DNA from: Candidatus Nitrosopumilus koreensis AR1
Lineage (GTDB): Archaea > Thermoproteota > Nitrososphaeria > Nitrososphaerales > Nitrosopumilaceae
Assembly (NCBI RefSeq): GCF_000299365.1
Contig: NC_018655.1
Location: 390,001-422,000 of the forward strand
DNA: 32,000 nt
Direction of reading: 5' to 3'
Position 1 is the stretch's first letter. Every line of letters starts with the position of its first letter. The translations under genes were made by a program, and so were the position numbers. Under the pieces are notes generated by a model. It had not been told where the DNA came from and made no database searches. It worked only from the letters and a program-made list of their open reading frames with translations. Of this stretch, positions 8,451 to 17,186 are shown one piece after another.

Positions 8451-9290
8451 TTGAAATACCTGGTAATATTTTCTATATTTCTTGTAATGGGAACTGCTTT
8501 TGCACAAACCCCGTTTCGTGATACTGCAGGTTTAACACAAAATGGTATTGAATGGTGTGAGGAGAACTACCAATTATACCAAATGATGGGTAATGATTTT
8601 TTTGAGCATCATCACCATTCAATAGAATCCAGACTATGTGGGAATCTTTACAATGATGGTTTGTGGTTTTATACGGGATATGACAGATATCAAAAATTAA
8701 TTGAACAAAGTAGAATGTATTACAATTTAGAGATACAAGAAAGCTTTGTGGAATCTAAAGAAGGAAAATTAGACACAAAACCTGTAGTTGTTGAAGAGAT
8801 TCCGCAAGTGATATCCCAGCAACAAAAAGAATTAGAAAACATGAATAATGAATCTGAATCAAATGTGGTGGAACCTTCTACTTCAATTGAGCCAACATTA
8901 GATCAAAACAACGATTCTGACGCGGGAGGATGTCTAATTGCAACTGCTACATATGGCTCTGAACTGGCTCCTCAGGTACAACAACTAAGAGAATTTAGGG
9001 ACAACAAATTATTACAAACAGATGCGGGTTCATTGTTCATGACTTCTTTTAATGAGATATACTATTCATTCTCGCCTACTGTTGCAGATTATGAAAGGAA
9101 AAATCCGGTTTTCAAGGAAATAGTAAAGGTTGCAATCACTCCGATGATTTCTAGTTTGTCTATTTTGAATAATGTTGATATGGATTCAGAAACAAAAGTA
9201 CTAGGATATGGAATTTCATTGATCCTTCTAAATCTTGGAATGTATGTTGGAATTCCATCTGCATTGATTGTTGGAATTAGAAGAATTTAG
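8451..9290 (+). CDS. Secreted/membrane-anchored protein with conserved GCLIATA-YGSELAPQVQ-LRE-RD motif region
   Basis: TTG start plus signal peptide MKYLVIFSIFLVMGTAFA. Acidic/Ser-rich linker. GGCLIATATYGSELAPQVQQLREFRDNKLL block, which I recognise as recurrent in archaeal surface proteins but cannot name. C-terminal TM segment. Confidence 0.65.
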   Translation: MKYLVIFSIFLVMGTAFAQTPFRDTAGLTQNGIEWCEENYQLYQMMGNDFFEHHHHSIESRLCGNLYNDGLWFYTGYDRYQKLIEQSRMYYNLEIQESFVESKEGKLDTKPVVVEEIPQVISQQQKELENMNNESESNVVEPSTSIEPTLDQNNDSDAGGCLIATATYGSELAPQVQQLREFRDNKLLQTDAGSLFMTSFNEIYYSFSPTVADYERKNPVFKEIVKVAITPMISSLSILNNVDMDSETKVLGYGISLILLNLGMYVGIPSALIVGIRRI

Positions 9291-9475
9291 AATCAAAACA
9301 ATATTTTACAAATCAATTGTTCATCTAGTTTAAATTATCCATCTCAAACGTTCACTTGCCGTCATAAGGTTTGTAGGCATAACCTAGTTGGTGTATTCCA
9401 TACGGAATGAAAAACCTTCAATCTTTGTTATAGATTTTATATAAGTGAATTTTTGCTCTTACAGTGAAAAATCAA

Positions 9476-9862
9476 TCATTTCACGACATTGATAATTTCA
9501 ATCAACTTTGTTTCAATTTCTTTTCCCATTAATTCTAATTCTTTATTTGATGCAACAGAAAGCAATTCAGTTGGTCTTGCTAAACTAATGTGATTTTCTC
9601 CATCTTTTTCAAATACTGCAATAGTGCATGGGAGTAATAACCCAATATTGGGATCAGAATCTAACGCTTTTTTTGCAGCTTGAGGATTACACACCTCTAG
9701 TAGTTTGTATTGATGTGGATAATCGACTCCTTTTTTAGCAAATATTTCCTTAAAATCAAGAGTCCCTAAAACTCCAAATTTTATTTCTGAAAGCTTGGTA
9801 GTAATTTCTTGAATGATTACATCGATATCTTTTTGTGTTTTTACGGTATAGTTAAAGGTCAA
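9476..9862 (-). CDS. DUF302-family protein
   Basis: FGVLGTLDFKEIFAKKG...YKLLEVCNPQAAKKAL...PNIGLLLPCTIAVFEKDG matches the DUF302 pattern (vCNP..A and LLPC). TTG start, with an in-frame stop directly upstream. Confidence 0.8.
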   Translation of the reverse strand: MTFNYTVKTQKDIDVIIQEITTKLSEIKFGVLGTLDFKEIFAKKGVDYPHQYKLLEVCNPQAAKKALDSDPNIGLLLPCTIAVFEKDGENHISLARPTELLSVASNKELELMGKEIETKLIEIINVVK

Positions 9863-10015
9863 CTATGAGGATAGAACAAACTACTGCATATAGTTTTGTG
9901 ATGACTAAATGAGAACCTATTGCATATGTCTCAAATACATGGTGCTCCCACCGAGTTTTGTCAAATCGGTTAAACACCCCCTACTTTTGTTTATAACGAA
10001 ATTATATTTTTTAAT

Positions 10016-11554
10016 TCAAGTTCCTATTCTGACAGGTTTTCCAACAGAAGGAATTCCGTTATTATCAATAACAAATAGCAAATAATACCCTGGAGGGGCC
10101 CAACTTCCATTTTTTGGACTTTGAATCTTTAGAGTTGCAGAATTCTCCACAATATTTAGAAACAGACAGCGCTGGTCCATGTTATTGTTATGTGTAGTAG
10201 ATGACATTCGTATTAATGAAACTTTGGTAATGTTTGTTGAATCAGTTGCTATTTCATATTGAGTATCGTATTGCATAGAATTGGGAGAGTTGGTAATTTG
10301 TGGTCGAGTGTTACTTGCCATATATGGTGGTTCTATTATTTCAATTTCCTGTTCAAAGTGCTGATCAGGTCTGAATATTGCACGAGTAAAATCGTGCCCA
10401 GTGCTTCCCGCAGCCAAAACACTGCCGTCAGATAACAAAATTGCTGTACCATGATATAACCTGGGTTTTTCCAAAGGGTTTGCTAATTCTTGCCAAGTTT
10501 CAGTTTCAGGATCAAACAATTCAATTTTCATAACTGCAATCTGATTACTATCTGCAGTTCCTTTTTCTGCACCATTAGTTACCAAAATTTTTCCATCAGG
10601 AAGAAGAACAGAGTCGCATAGAAATCTCTTCAAATGATGAGGTTTTTCTTGCCACCCTGCAGAGTTAGTTGGGTCGTTCAGAGGTATGGTAAGCATTTCG
10701 GGAATACTTGTAGCGTCATCCTCTTTTCCAGGTTTCATAACAGTACTGCCGCCAATTACCATTATTTTTGCAACTTGATCATCATGGTTCAATGGCAGCA
10801 TAACACAGGTTCCCATTCCAGGATATGTTCTAGTGCCTCCGGTTGAGGTTACAAATTCGCCAGACAAAAATTGTTTTTGAGAAATATCCCAAAACTTTGT
10901 CGTTTTATCAGAATGAACAAACAGGTGATTCCCTGGAAGTACATGTAAGTAAGGATACATGTGGATGTGTTCAAACCCAAAAGATTTTGGTTCGGAAAGT
11001 ATGTTTGTAGTAGAATCAAAAATCTGGTAACTTTTGTTCATAAATCCGCCAAACAATGCATGATATCCATGAGACCACGTGCCTGAAACAATTAGTGCAT
11101 TACCATCAGGTAACGTTACGCATGTTGGATACCATCTAGCTTTGGACATTCCCGGAGAATGTCGCGTCCATTGAAGATTTGGGTCAGATTCATCAGGATC
11201 AAATGTATGTATGTCATGATCAGCTGCTTCTTTTCCCAAAATCTTTAACACTAAAGGCAATACTCCAATAACAGTTCCAAAAATAACATGAGGATAGTTG
11301 AAGGTCGATTGTCCGCCTACAACCAACAATCGTCCATCTGGTAAAAAACAATGTCCAGAACAAAACAAATTGCGTTTTAGGTTGGAATTCTCATGATGAT
11401 CAGGATTGTTGGGATTCCATATGTTTGCCTCACCTTTAGTCCAATCCCATAATTTTTTATGAGAACCTGAAAACAATAATGCCTTTCCGTTTTTGAGTAA
11501 ACCCAGATGAACTGCGACAGTGTTTAATTTATGAAGATGACTGTGATGACTCAT
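10016..11554 (-). CDS. Galactose oxidase / glyoxal oxidase-like copper radical oxidase (kelch propeller + DUF1929-type C-terminal domain)
   Basis: Equivalents of all galactose-oxidase active-site residues are present. NLFCSGH (crosslinking Cys), ARWYPT (Tyr272-like), PRLYHGT (Tyr495/His496-like), SSTTHNNNMDQR (His581-like), and C-terminal APPGYYLLFVIDNNGIPS. Confidence 0.85.
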   Translation of the reverse strand: MSHHSHLHKLNTVAVHLGLLKNGKALLFSGSHKKLWDWTKGEANIWNPNNPDHHENSNLKRNLFCSGHCFLPDGRLLVVGGQSTFNYPHVIFGTVIGVLPLVLKILGKEAADHDIHTFDPDESDPNLQWTRHSPGMSKARWYPTCVTLPDGNALIVSGTWSHGYHALFGGFMNKSYQIFDSTTNILSEPKSFGFEHIHMYPYLHVLPGNHLFVHSDKTTKFWDISQKQFLSGEFVTSTGGTRTYPGMGTCVMLPLNHDDQVAKIMVIGGSTVMKPGKEDDATSIPEMLTIPLNDPTNSAGWQEKPHHLKRFLCDSVLLPDGKILVTNGAEKGTADSNQIAVMKIELFDPETETWQELANPLEKPRLYHGTAILLSDGSVLAAGSTGHDFTRAIFRPDQHFEQEIEIIEPPYMASNTRPQITNSPNSMQYDTQYEIATDSTNITKVSLIRMSSTTHNNNMDQRCLFLNIVENSATLKIQSPKNGSWAPPGYYLLFVIDNNGIPSVGKPVRIGT

Positions 11555-11572
11555 TTGAACACTGTCTCAATA

Positions 11573-12820
11573 CTATGGCAATGGTATTTCCTGTGTTTTT
11601 GCTAAAGTACCTGTACTTGTTCCATTAACAAAAACTTCGATGTCATCTCCACCAAGCTGTACGCCTCTGGCAGAATTAACATGGTTGTCCGTATGGCTTA
11701 TCTCTAATATTACATCCACAAAGTCATTATCGCTTTCCGTTCTTCCAATCCTGTCTTCATATCCAATGGTTGTCAAAATTTGATTTAAGATTCCATTATT
11801 TGCTGCAAATTTGTCAGGTACACTCCCAATTATTTTGTATCTAGAAAGAATTTCACCTGTTGTTTGGTTTCTTATCTGAAGTGTATTTGCTAAAAATTGC
11901 CGTACAGGTATAGGAATGGTAAGATTATTGTCCAGAACATGTCTAGGGGTAACAATATCATAATCAGAAAAGGTTGGGAGTAAACCTTGTAATGAAATTC
12001 CAGTTGCAGTGCCTGTTCTGGTGGTAGTTGTGTCTTCAGAACCGTCCCAAGGCCACATTCTATCATTTAGTCTGCTTCCATAACTTCCATCATTATTTGG
12101 ATTGTAATTTTCGGGTCCAGGATGAAGCTCTTGCCATTTTGACCATAATCTGTCAATATTTGCATGGTGTAAAAAGAATATTGGATCATTTGGAGATGTC
12201 ATAGATGTCATGTGTCCTCCAATCCACATGTGAATACTGCCATGAGGTCCTTCAAGTCCTGGTAAAAAGGAATCAAAATCATTATCTCCGTTTACTGCAT
12301 CCATGGCCAATTCTCCATAACCTGAAACTTGTGATAACTTTGAAGAAGACAATAATGTGGAATCTCTAACAAGTACACTCCCATTGTTTCCTCCATCCAA
12401 CTCCGAATGAACTTCCCAATTGTTTTCAACAAAATAACCACTTGTTATTTTATTTCCATTATTTGGATCTCCTGGAGGTCCCATAAAATCATCTGTGAAT
12501 ATTTCTGTAGTGTCTGTATCATCTCCTGAAGACCAATTCCAATAAGGGAGGGATAAAGTAGAATCTACTGTTCTAATTGCTTTTTCAAATCTGTTAAGGT
12601 ATTCACGATGCCAAGCCAAAAATCCTGGTACAAAATGGGCCCCATCTCCAATAGGAATTCCGTTTCTAAGACGTCGTGTAACGCCATAATGGATGGCTAC
12701 AAATTCATCATATTTGCTTAATGTGTGTCCTGGTTCAATTGTTTGTTTTAAAGTTAACAATGCATTGCAGTACCTCTGTCTTTCATCAGGTAAGAAATCT
12801 TTTGCATTTTTTCTTGTCAA
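11573..12820 (-). CDS. Tyrosinase / type-3 copper polyphenol oxidase
   Basis: CuA: IHYG...GAHFVPGFLAWHREYL. CuB: GPHGSIHMWIGG...NDPIFFLHHANIDRLW. No signal peptide. Ends 18 nt upstream of the oxidase gene on the same strand. Confidence 0.9.
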   Translation of the reverse strand: MTRKNAKDFLPDERQRYCNALLTLKQTIEPGHTLSKYDEFVAIHYGVTRRLRNGIPIGDGAHFVPGFLAWHREYLNRFEKAIRTVDSTLSLPYWNWSSGDDTDTTEIFTDDFMGPPGDPNNGNKITSGYFVENNWEVHSELDGGNNGSVLVRDSTLLSSSKLSQVSGYGELAMDAVNGDNDFDSFLPGLEGPHGSIHMWIGGHMTSMTSPNDPIFFLHHANIDRLWSKWQELHPGPENYNPNNDGSYGSRLNDRMWPWDGSEDTTTTRTGTATGISLQGLLPTFSDYDIVTPRHVLDNNLTIPIPVRQFLANTLQIRNQTTGEILSRYKIIGSVPDKFAANNGILNQILTTIGYEDRIGRTESDNDFVDVILEISHTDNHVNSARGVQLGGDDIEVFVNGTSTGTLAKTQEIPLP

Positions 12821-12990
12821 ATCTTTTCCTCCAGATCGATGTGTTTTTTCAGATCCACTCTGTTCATTATGTTAATACTTTATGAACCTAATAATTAAGC
12901 GTTTATGGATAGAATTAGGTAAATACAATTTACATATAAAATTAAACTGATATCTACGTGAAATCACTGTATTTAACAAATATGTGAATC

Positions 12991-13011
12991 TATGATTATC
13001 TTAAAATAAGA
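12991..13011 (+). promoter_or_regulatory. 21-nt element tatgattatcttaaaataaga (copy 1)
   Basis: 20/21 identical to 15211-15231. Contains a TATA-like ttaaaataa. Lies upstream of small ORF 13045. Confidence 0.35.
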
Positions 13012-13044
13012 AAGAATTATTAAATATTCCTTCTTATAAGAAAT

Positions 13045-13218
13045 ATGTCTTTGGGAGCAATAAATGCAGTTCGTGATTTGCAAAATAGCATTACTAAGAT
13101 GTGCTATGACTATAGACAAGTCAACAAACTCACTGGACTGGAAAATACCACATTAAAAGATCTTGACGCCTTCTTACAAGAATTAAAAGACAAACAAACA
13201 GAGCTTGAAGAGTCTTAA
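13045..13218 (+). CDS. Possible 57-aa coiled-coil small protein
   Basis: ATG ORF below the track cut-off: MSLGAINAVRDLQNSITKMCYDYRQVNKLTGLENTTLKDLDAFLQELKDKQTELEES. AT-rich promoter-like sequence upstream. No family recognised. Confidence 0.3.
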   Translation: MSLGAINAVRDLQNSITKMCYDYRQVNKLTGLENTTLKDLDAFLQELKDKQTELEES

Positions 13219-13316
13219 TTAATCCCAATCATTTATTTTTTATATTTTCATCACATGTCAAAAAACTTTCTTTATTTTGATTTTAAGTTCATATTCAGAT
13301 GAGAAATGTACAAAAT

Positions 13317-14229
13317 CTATTCAATATTCAACTGAATCCACAAAGGTAAATGATCTGATATCTGGTATGTGAATTTCTCTTTTGTCATGGAAAATTCAGG
13401 AAATGGATACAATGCATGGTGATCACCTTGATAAAAGTCAACAGAACCCGCTTTTTCTATTTTTTTTGGCATATTTCTTATGGTAAAATATCTGATCATA
13501 ACGCTTATCTCGCTTGAGATTTGTTCCTTTCTTCCCTAAAATGGCCGAATGTGTATGAAGATTGTTTTTTGTGATTGCATCAAATAAACTACTGTTCTCA
13601 GATGGAATGTTGAAATCTCCTAGAACGATCATGTCTTTTCCCTTGACATGTCTAAGTTTTCGTCTTTCTTCAATCCAGTCCGCAAGTTTGCTCAATGCCT
13701 CTTCTCGAGAGTTTTCATTATCCCATCAAATATGTACTGCAAGCATCACAAATTCGAATTGTCCAGCTTTAAATGACACAAGATAAGGGCTTCTCCACCA
13801 TGTCAAGATGGGAATCCATTCATCAGTTTTATTTTCTGGCTCTAATCTTATTGGATCTGCTTCAGCTGCAAGTCCCGTAAACTCTATGATTCTACCGTCA
13901 TATAGATAACCAATTCTTTCACCATTTCCCTTGACATCCATATTTGTATCAGAATAGATTACTTTCCAATATGGGCCCATGATTCTCATGATTTCTTCAA
14001 GATCGTCTGTGTTGACAGTAAGTTCAGTTATTGCAATCATGTTAAAGTTTGAGAGAATCTCTGCAATGTAATGTAATGATATTTGTTTTCTGTTTCCAGC
14101 AAGTTTTCTGATGTTCCATGTTGCAATCTTTATGTTCTTGTCAAGTATCGTATTGGGAATTTCTGCATTCCTAATTCGTTCTCGGAGAATTTTTTAATCC
14201 CTTTTTTGTGACATCGTCAATTTTACCAT
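13317..14229 (-). pseudogene. Endonuclease/exonuclease/phosphatase (EEP, DNase I/ExoIII-fold) family gene, disrupted
   Basis: The pieces carry ordered EEP motifs: NIKIATWNIRKL, MIVLGDFN, YDQIF, SDHLPLWIQL. Disruptions: in-frame TAA at 14194-14196, in-frame TGA at 13726-13728 (VHI*WDNEN), and a frameshift between YDQIF and TIRNMPKK around 13470-13500. Confidence 0.8.
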
Positions 14230-14270
14230 GATCCATAATACGCTATTCATAAAGTAATACAAAAAGATGT

Positions 14271-15203
14271 CTAGAATCTTCGATAAAACTTTTCAGTGTC
14301 TTCTCTACTTTTTTCTGATGATTTTAGAGGTGTCTTTTCATCCCATGGAATATACTCCCATTTCCAAAAGTCATGGTTGTTGTCGTGTGGCGCCAGTGCG
14401 TGGTTTGATGTGTTAATAAATACTACTGGGTGGTTCTTGTCTGAAAAGTAATACTTTATTGGAATTATTTTTTGGTTATGGGTTGAATCATCAAACAGAG
14501 TTTTATCATTACTGTAAATATTATCAAAATAAAACTGATCTTGTCTTATCTCAAATGTTTCAATATCAATTGTCCTTCGAAATTTTAGGAATCTGTACAG
14601 TTTGTAGAAAGGATCCACTAGGAAAAATTTTCGTAACACTTCGCCTTCAAACGCTAGAGTCACTTGGTAGTTTTGCCCGTTGGCAATTATGTTGATTTCC
14701 CGTAAAAAATTTTCCCATGCATCAACTCTGGGTTGATATACCACTGGAAGAATTTTGGAGTTGGTAGGAGAATAATTGGGAAAAATTATGTTGTCTTCAT
14801 TTTTAGGATTGTTAATTTTTTCCACAATTATCTGATGCAAGGAAATGATCTCCTCCTTGTTTTTAGATGATATTCTAACATCTTTGAGATCCCTGTGGTG
14901 ACGGTCTTGTGATTGCAATACTGTAAACTCCAAAACAGACTCTGAATCAGTATGATTGATGGTTACTTCAGTTATGGTAAATCCCATCATCAATTTTAGC
15001 CTGTATTCAGATTTTTTGAATTTTGATTTTCCTGATCTCTCCCGTCTTATAACAATATGAGCACCATCATTTAGTCCAAACACTGTGACAGAACATTCTT
15101 TGTAGTGCCAAGTCTTCTCTTTGTTTGTCCACTTTAGATATCGTCTTCCATGCTCATTGAATTCCTCATATTTTTCTTGAATATATGAAAAGTGAAATGC
15201 CAT
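14271..15203 (-). CDS. Hypothetical protein (310 aa)
   Basis: Long uninterrupted ORF with ordinary amino-acid composition. No motif recognised. Confidence 0.5.
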   Translation of the reverse strand: MAFHFSYIQEKYEEFNEHGRRYLKWTNKEKTWHYKECSVTVFGLNDGAHIVIRRERSGKSKFKKSEYRLKLMMGFTITEVTINHTDSESVLEFTVLQSQDRHHRDLKDVRISSKNKEEIISLHQIIVEKINNPKNEDNIIFPNYSPTNSKILPVVYQPRVDAWENFLREINIIANGQNYQVTLAFEGEVLRKFFLVDPFYKLYRFLKFRRTIDIETFEIRQDQFYFDNIYSNDKTLFDDSTHNQKIIPIKYYFSDKNHPVVFINTSNHALAPHDNNHDFWKWEYIPWDEKTPLKSSEKSREDTEKFYRRF

Positions 15204-15210
15204 ATGTAGT

Positions 15211-15231
15211 TATGAATATCTTAAAATAAGA
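15211..15231 (+). promoter_or_regulatory. 21-nt element tatgaatatcttaaaataaga (copy 2)
   Basis: 20/21 identical to 12991-13011. Sits in the 46-nt divergent gap between 15203 and 15250. The TATA-like core lies about 25 nt before GTG 15250. Confidence 0.35.
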
Positions 15232-15249
15232 CTGTTACGGTAATAATCT

Positions 15250-16368
15250 GTGATTACAGAACGCTCAAAAGATTTTGTAAAAGCAGAAAAAGATTCTAGT
15301 GATCCAGACCATCCAAAGATCAAATACGTTATTGATAATGAACGGGTAAACAAAGTAGTGTTATCTGAGATAAACGAGTTTAAACAATTTCGGGACGAGT
15401 TAGAAAAAGAAGGAAAACAACATGAACTGATCTTTGATAAAATAATAAAAAAATGCAAAGAAAATGAGATAATGTTTGAGGCAAAAAGTAGACAAATAAA
15501 AGAAGAGCTTGACAAGAAAAAAGTTACTGCAAATATGAAAGAGGATGGAGAAAAGCAGGCAGAAAAGACAAAATTTTCTAGTTACATGAACTACATTGCA
15601 GGAACTACTCTTGTGGTGATTGGAATGCTTATGATACTTTCAATTGGATGCGTTGAATGGACACTATGCTCAGTTGAATCTAATCCATACCTTCAGATTC
15701 TAGAGTCAAACTTTCTCATGGTTCTTGTTGGAACTGTAGTAGGGCCAATGGTTTCAAAATATCTCAAAGAAAAATATGATATTCAGATAAAATCTGAACA
15801 ACTTGTTATGATTACACAGGATGCCGTAAAAACAGTATCAATGTACAATAAGGTGGCTAATGAACTAAGAGATGATAAAGGCCAACTCTCAGATGAACAA
15901 ATAGAAAAGCTTCAGAATGCAGCATTAAGCTCAATTAAAAACAACTTTGGTACGGACAAATACAAAGAATTGATAACGAGTCTGAGCGGTCAGGCATTCA
16001 AAAAGGCAATAGAGTATGCAGTAGCACAAAAAAAGATTGAGAGTTTCCCATTAGAACAAGAACAAGTTGAAAAAATTGTAAGACAAAGTCTTGATGCTGT
16101 ACCATACGTAATTGATTGGCAAAACAAAAAACCAGAAGTAAAGGAGACCTTTATTCGAGGATATGTAAAAAACCTTTTGCAAAACACGGGTGCTGATGGA
16201 TGGGCCTACAATGCACTTGAAGGCGTATTTGATGCAGAAGTAAACAAAAGATTAACGGCTGCTGCAGTTGCAGATGCTCGAGGCTTGATAAAAACAAATG
16301 AAACAGAACCCATGAAAAAATATTCCAGTGTCATAGTTGATGCGGTTTTAGAATCAGGTGTAAAATGA
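15250..16368 (+). CDS. Hypothetical coiled-coil / two-TM membrane protein
   Basis: GTG start. K/E-rich helical N-terminus. Hydrophobic segments YIAGTTLVVIGMLMILSIGCV and FLMVLVGTVVGPMV. Helical C-terminal half. The antisense ORF 15210-15515 is a low-complexity shadow. Confidence 0.55.
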   Translation: MITERSKDFVKAEKDSSDPDHPKIKYVIDNERVNKVVLSEINEFKQFRDELEKEGKQHELIFDKIIKKCKENEIMFEAKSRQIKEELDKKKVTANMKEDGEKQAEKTKFSSYMNYIAGTTLVVIGMLMILSIGCVEWTLCSVESNPYLQILESNFLMVLVGTVVGPMVSKYLKEKYDIQIKSEQLVMITQDAVKTVSMYNKVANELRDDKGQLSDEQIEKLQNAALSSIKNNFGTDKYKELITSLSGQAFKKAIEYAVAQKKIESFPLEQEQVEKIVRQSLDAVPYVIDWQNKKPEVKETFIRGYVKNLLQNTGADGWAYNALEGVFDAEVNKRLTAAAVADARGLIKTNETEPMKKYSSVIVDAVLESGVK

Positions 16369-16614
16369 CATTTGCTGTTGGGATTAATCTTCCATGGGTT
16401 GGAAGAGATTATGATCATGACTTTGGTAATAACATGACACGTAAACCAGATGTTACATATGACCTTAGACCAACAAGGAGCAACTGAAAAAATAAAAGTT
16501 GGCTCAAAATAGCAATAGTGTGGTAGGAGTACTGTGACCAATACTCGGTAAACAATATTTTGCATGCAAACCAATCACTAATTATCAGATATTTTTAACT
16601 CACAAATGATTGGT

Positions 16615-16731
16615 TTACTCTTGATCTATTACACTTCCACAATTTTGACACTTGAAGTAAAATGGTTTTCCATCAACTACCATTGTTGGTTGGAGTGTCT
16701 GATTACAATTTTCACAAGTTTTCGTTGACAT
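16615..16731 (-). CDS. Possible 38-aa zinc-ribbon protein
   Basis: MSTKTCENCNQTLQPTMVVDGKPFYFKCQNCGSVIDQE: two CxxC pairs with zinc-ribbon spacing. Below the track cut-off. Confidence 0.4.
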   Translation of the reverse strand: MSTKTCENCNQTLQPTMVVDGKPFYFKCQNCGSVIDQE

Positions 16732-17186
16732 ATAATGTGGGATATTAAGATAGTATTTGAATATTATGTTAATAAAAGAAAATGATATTATCACTATCCA
16801 TACCTTGTATGGAAATTACATGCGTATTGTTAAAAACTACTCTAGTATGCTTCAAATTGTTTGTCCATCTGCTTTAACCATGATTTGATTTTCTTACAAA
16901 CTTCTGGATTCATAGAACGTGTCTTTCTTTTGTAATTCTATTGAAAAATCAAGGGCTTGTTCTGACATTGAAATCCCCCTGTATCTGCATTAATTGTAAA
17001 TCCTTTAGTTGATTATGTTCTTCCATGAAATAATGTTGCATTGTTACTATCTGAGTAACATAATTCCGTGTTTTTTCTTCTTTTTGCTCCTTTACCTTTT
17101 GGTCTGTTAAATCTCTAATTATGGCATCTGGATCACGAGTTCTCACATATTTTGTATGTTACTATGATATTTTTCCGAGTTTGAGA

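Noticed and set aside
15210-15515. 101-aa minus-strand ORF
   Set aside because: The Ser/Phe/Ile-rich product is the antisense image of the Lys/Glu-rich N-terminus of the 15250-16368 ORF.
16206-16574. 122-aa minus-strand ORF
   Set aside because: Half of it overlaps the 3' end of the 372-aa gene, and the rest covers the putative remnant region. It has a non-ATG start and odd composition.
16740-17146. Series of short minus-strand ORFs downstream of the CHAT gene: 65 aa from GTG 17146, then MSEQALDFSIELQKKDTFYESRSL, then MNPEVCKKIKSWLKQMDKQFEAY in shifted frames. This could be a third, frameshifted operon member.
   Set aside because: No recognisable motif links the pieces, and the frame changes cannot be tied to a known protein. 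It is too speculative to call as a gene or pseudogene.
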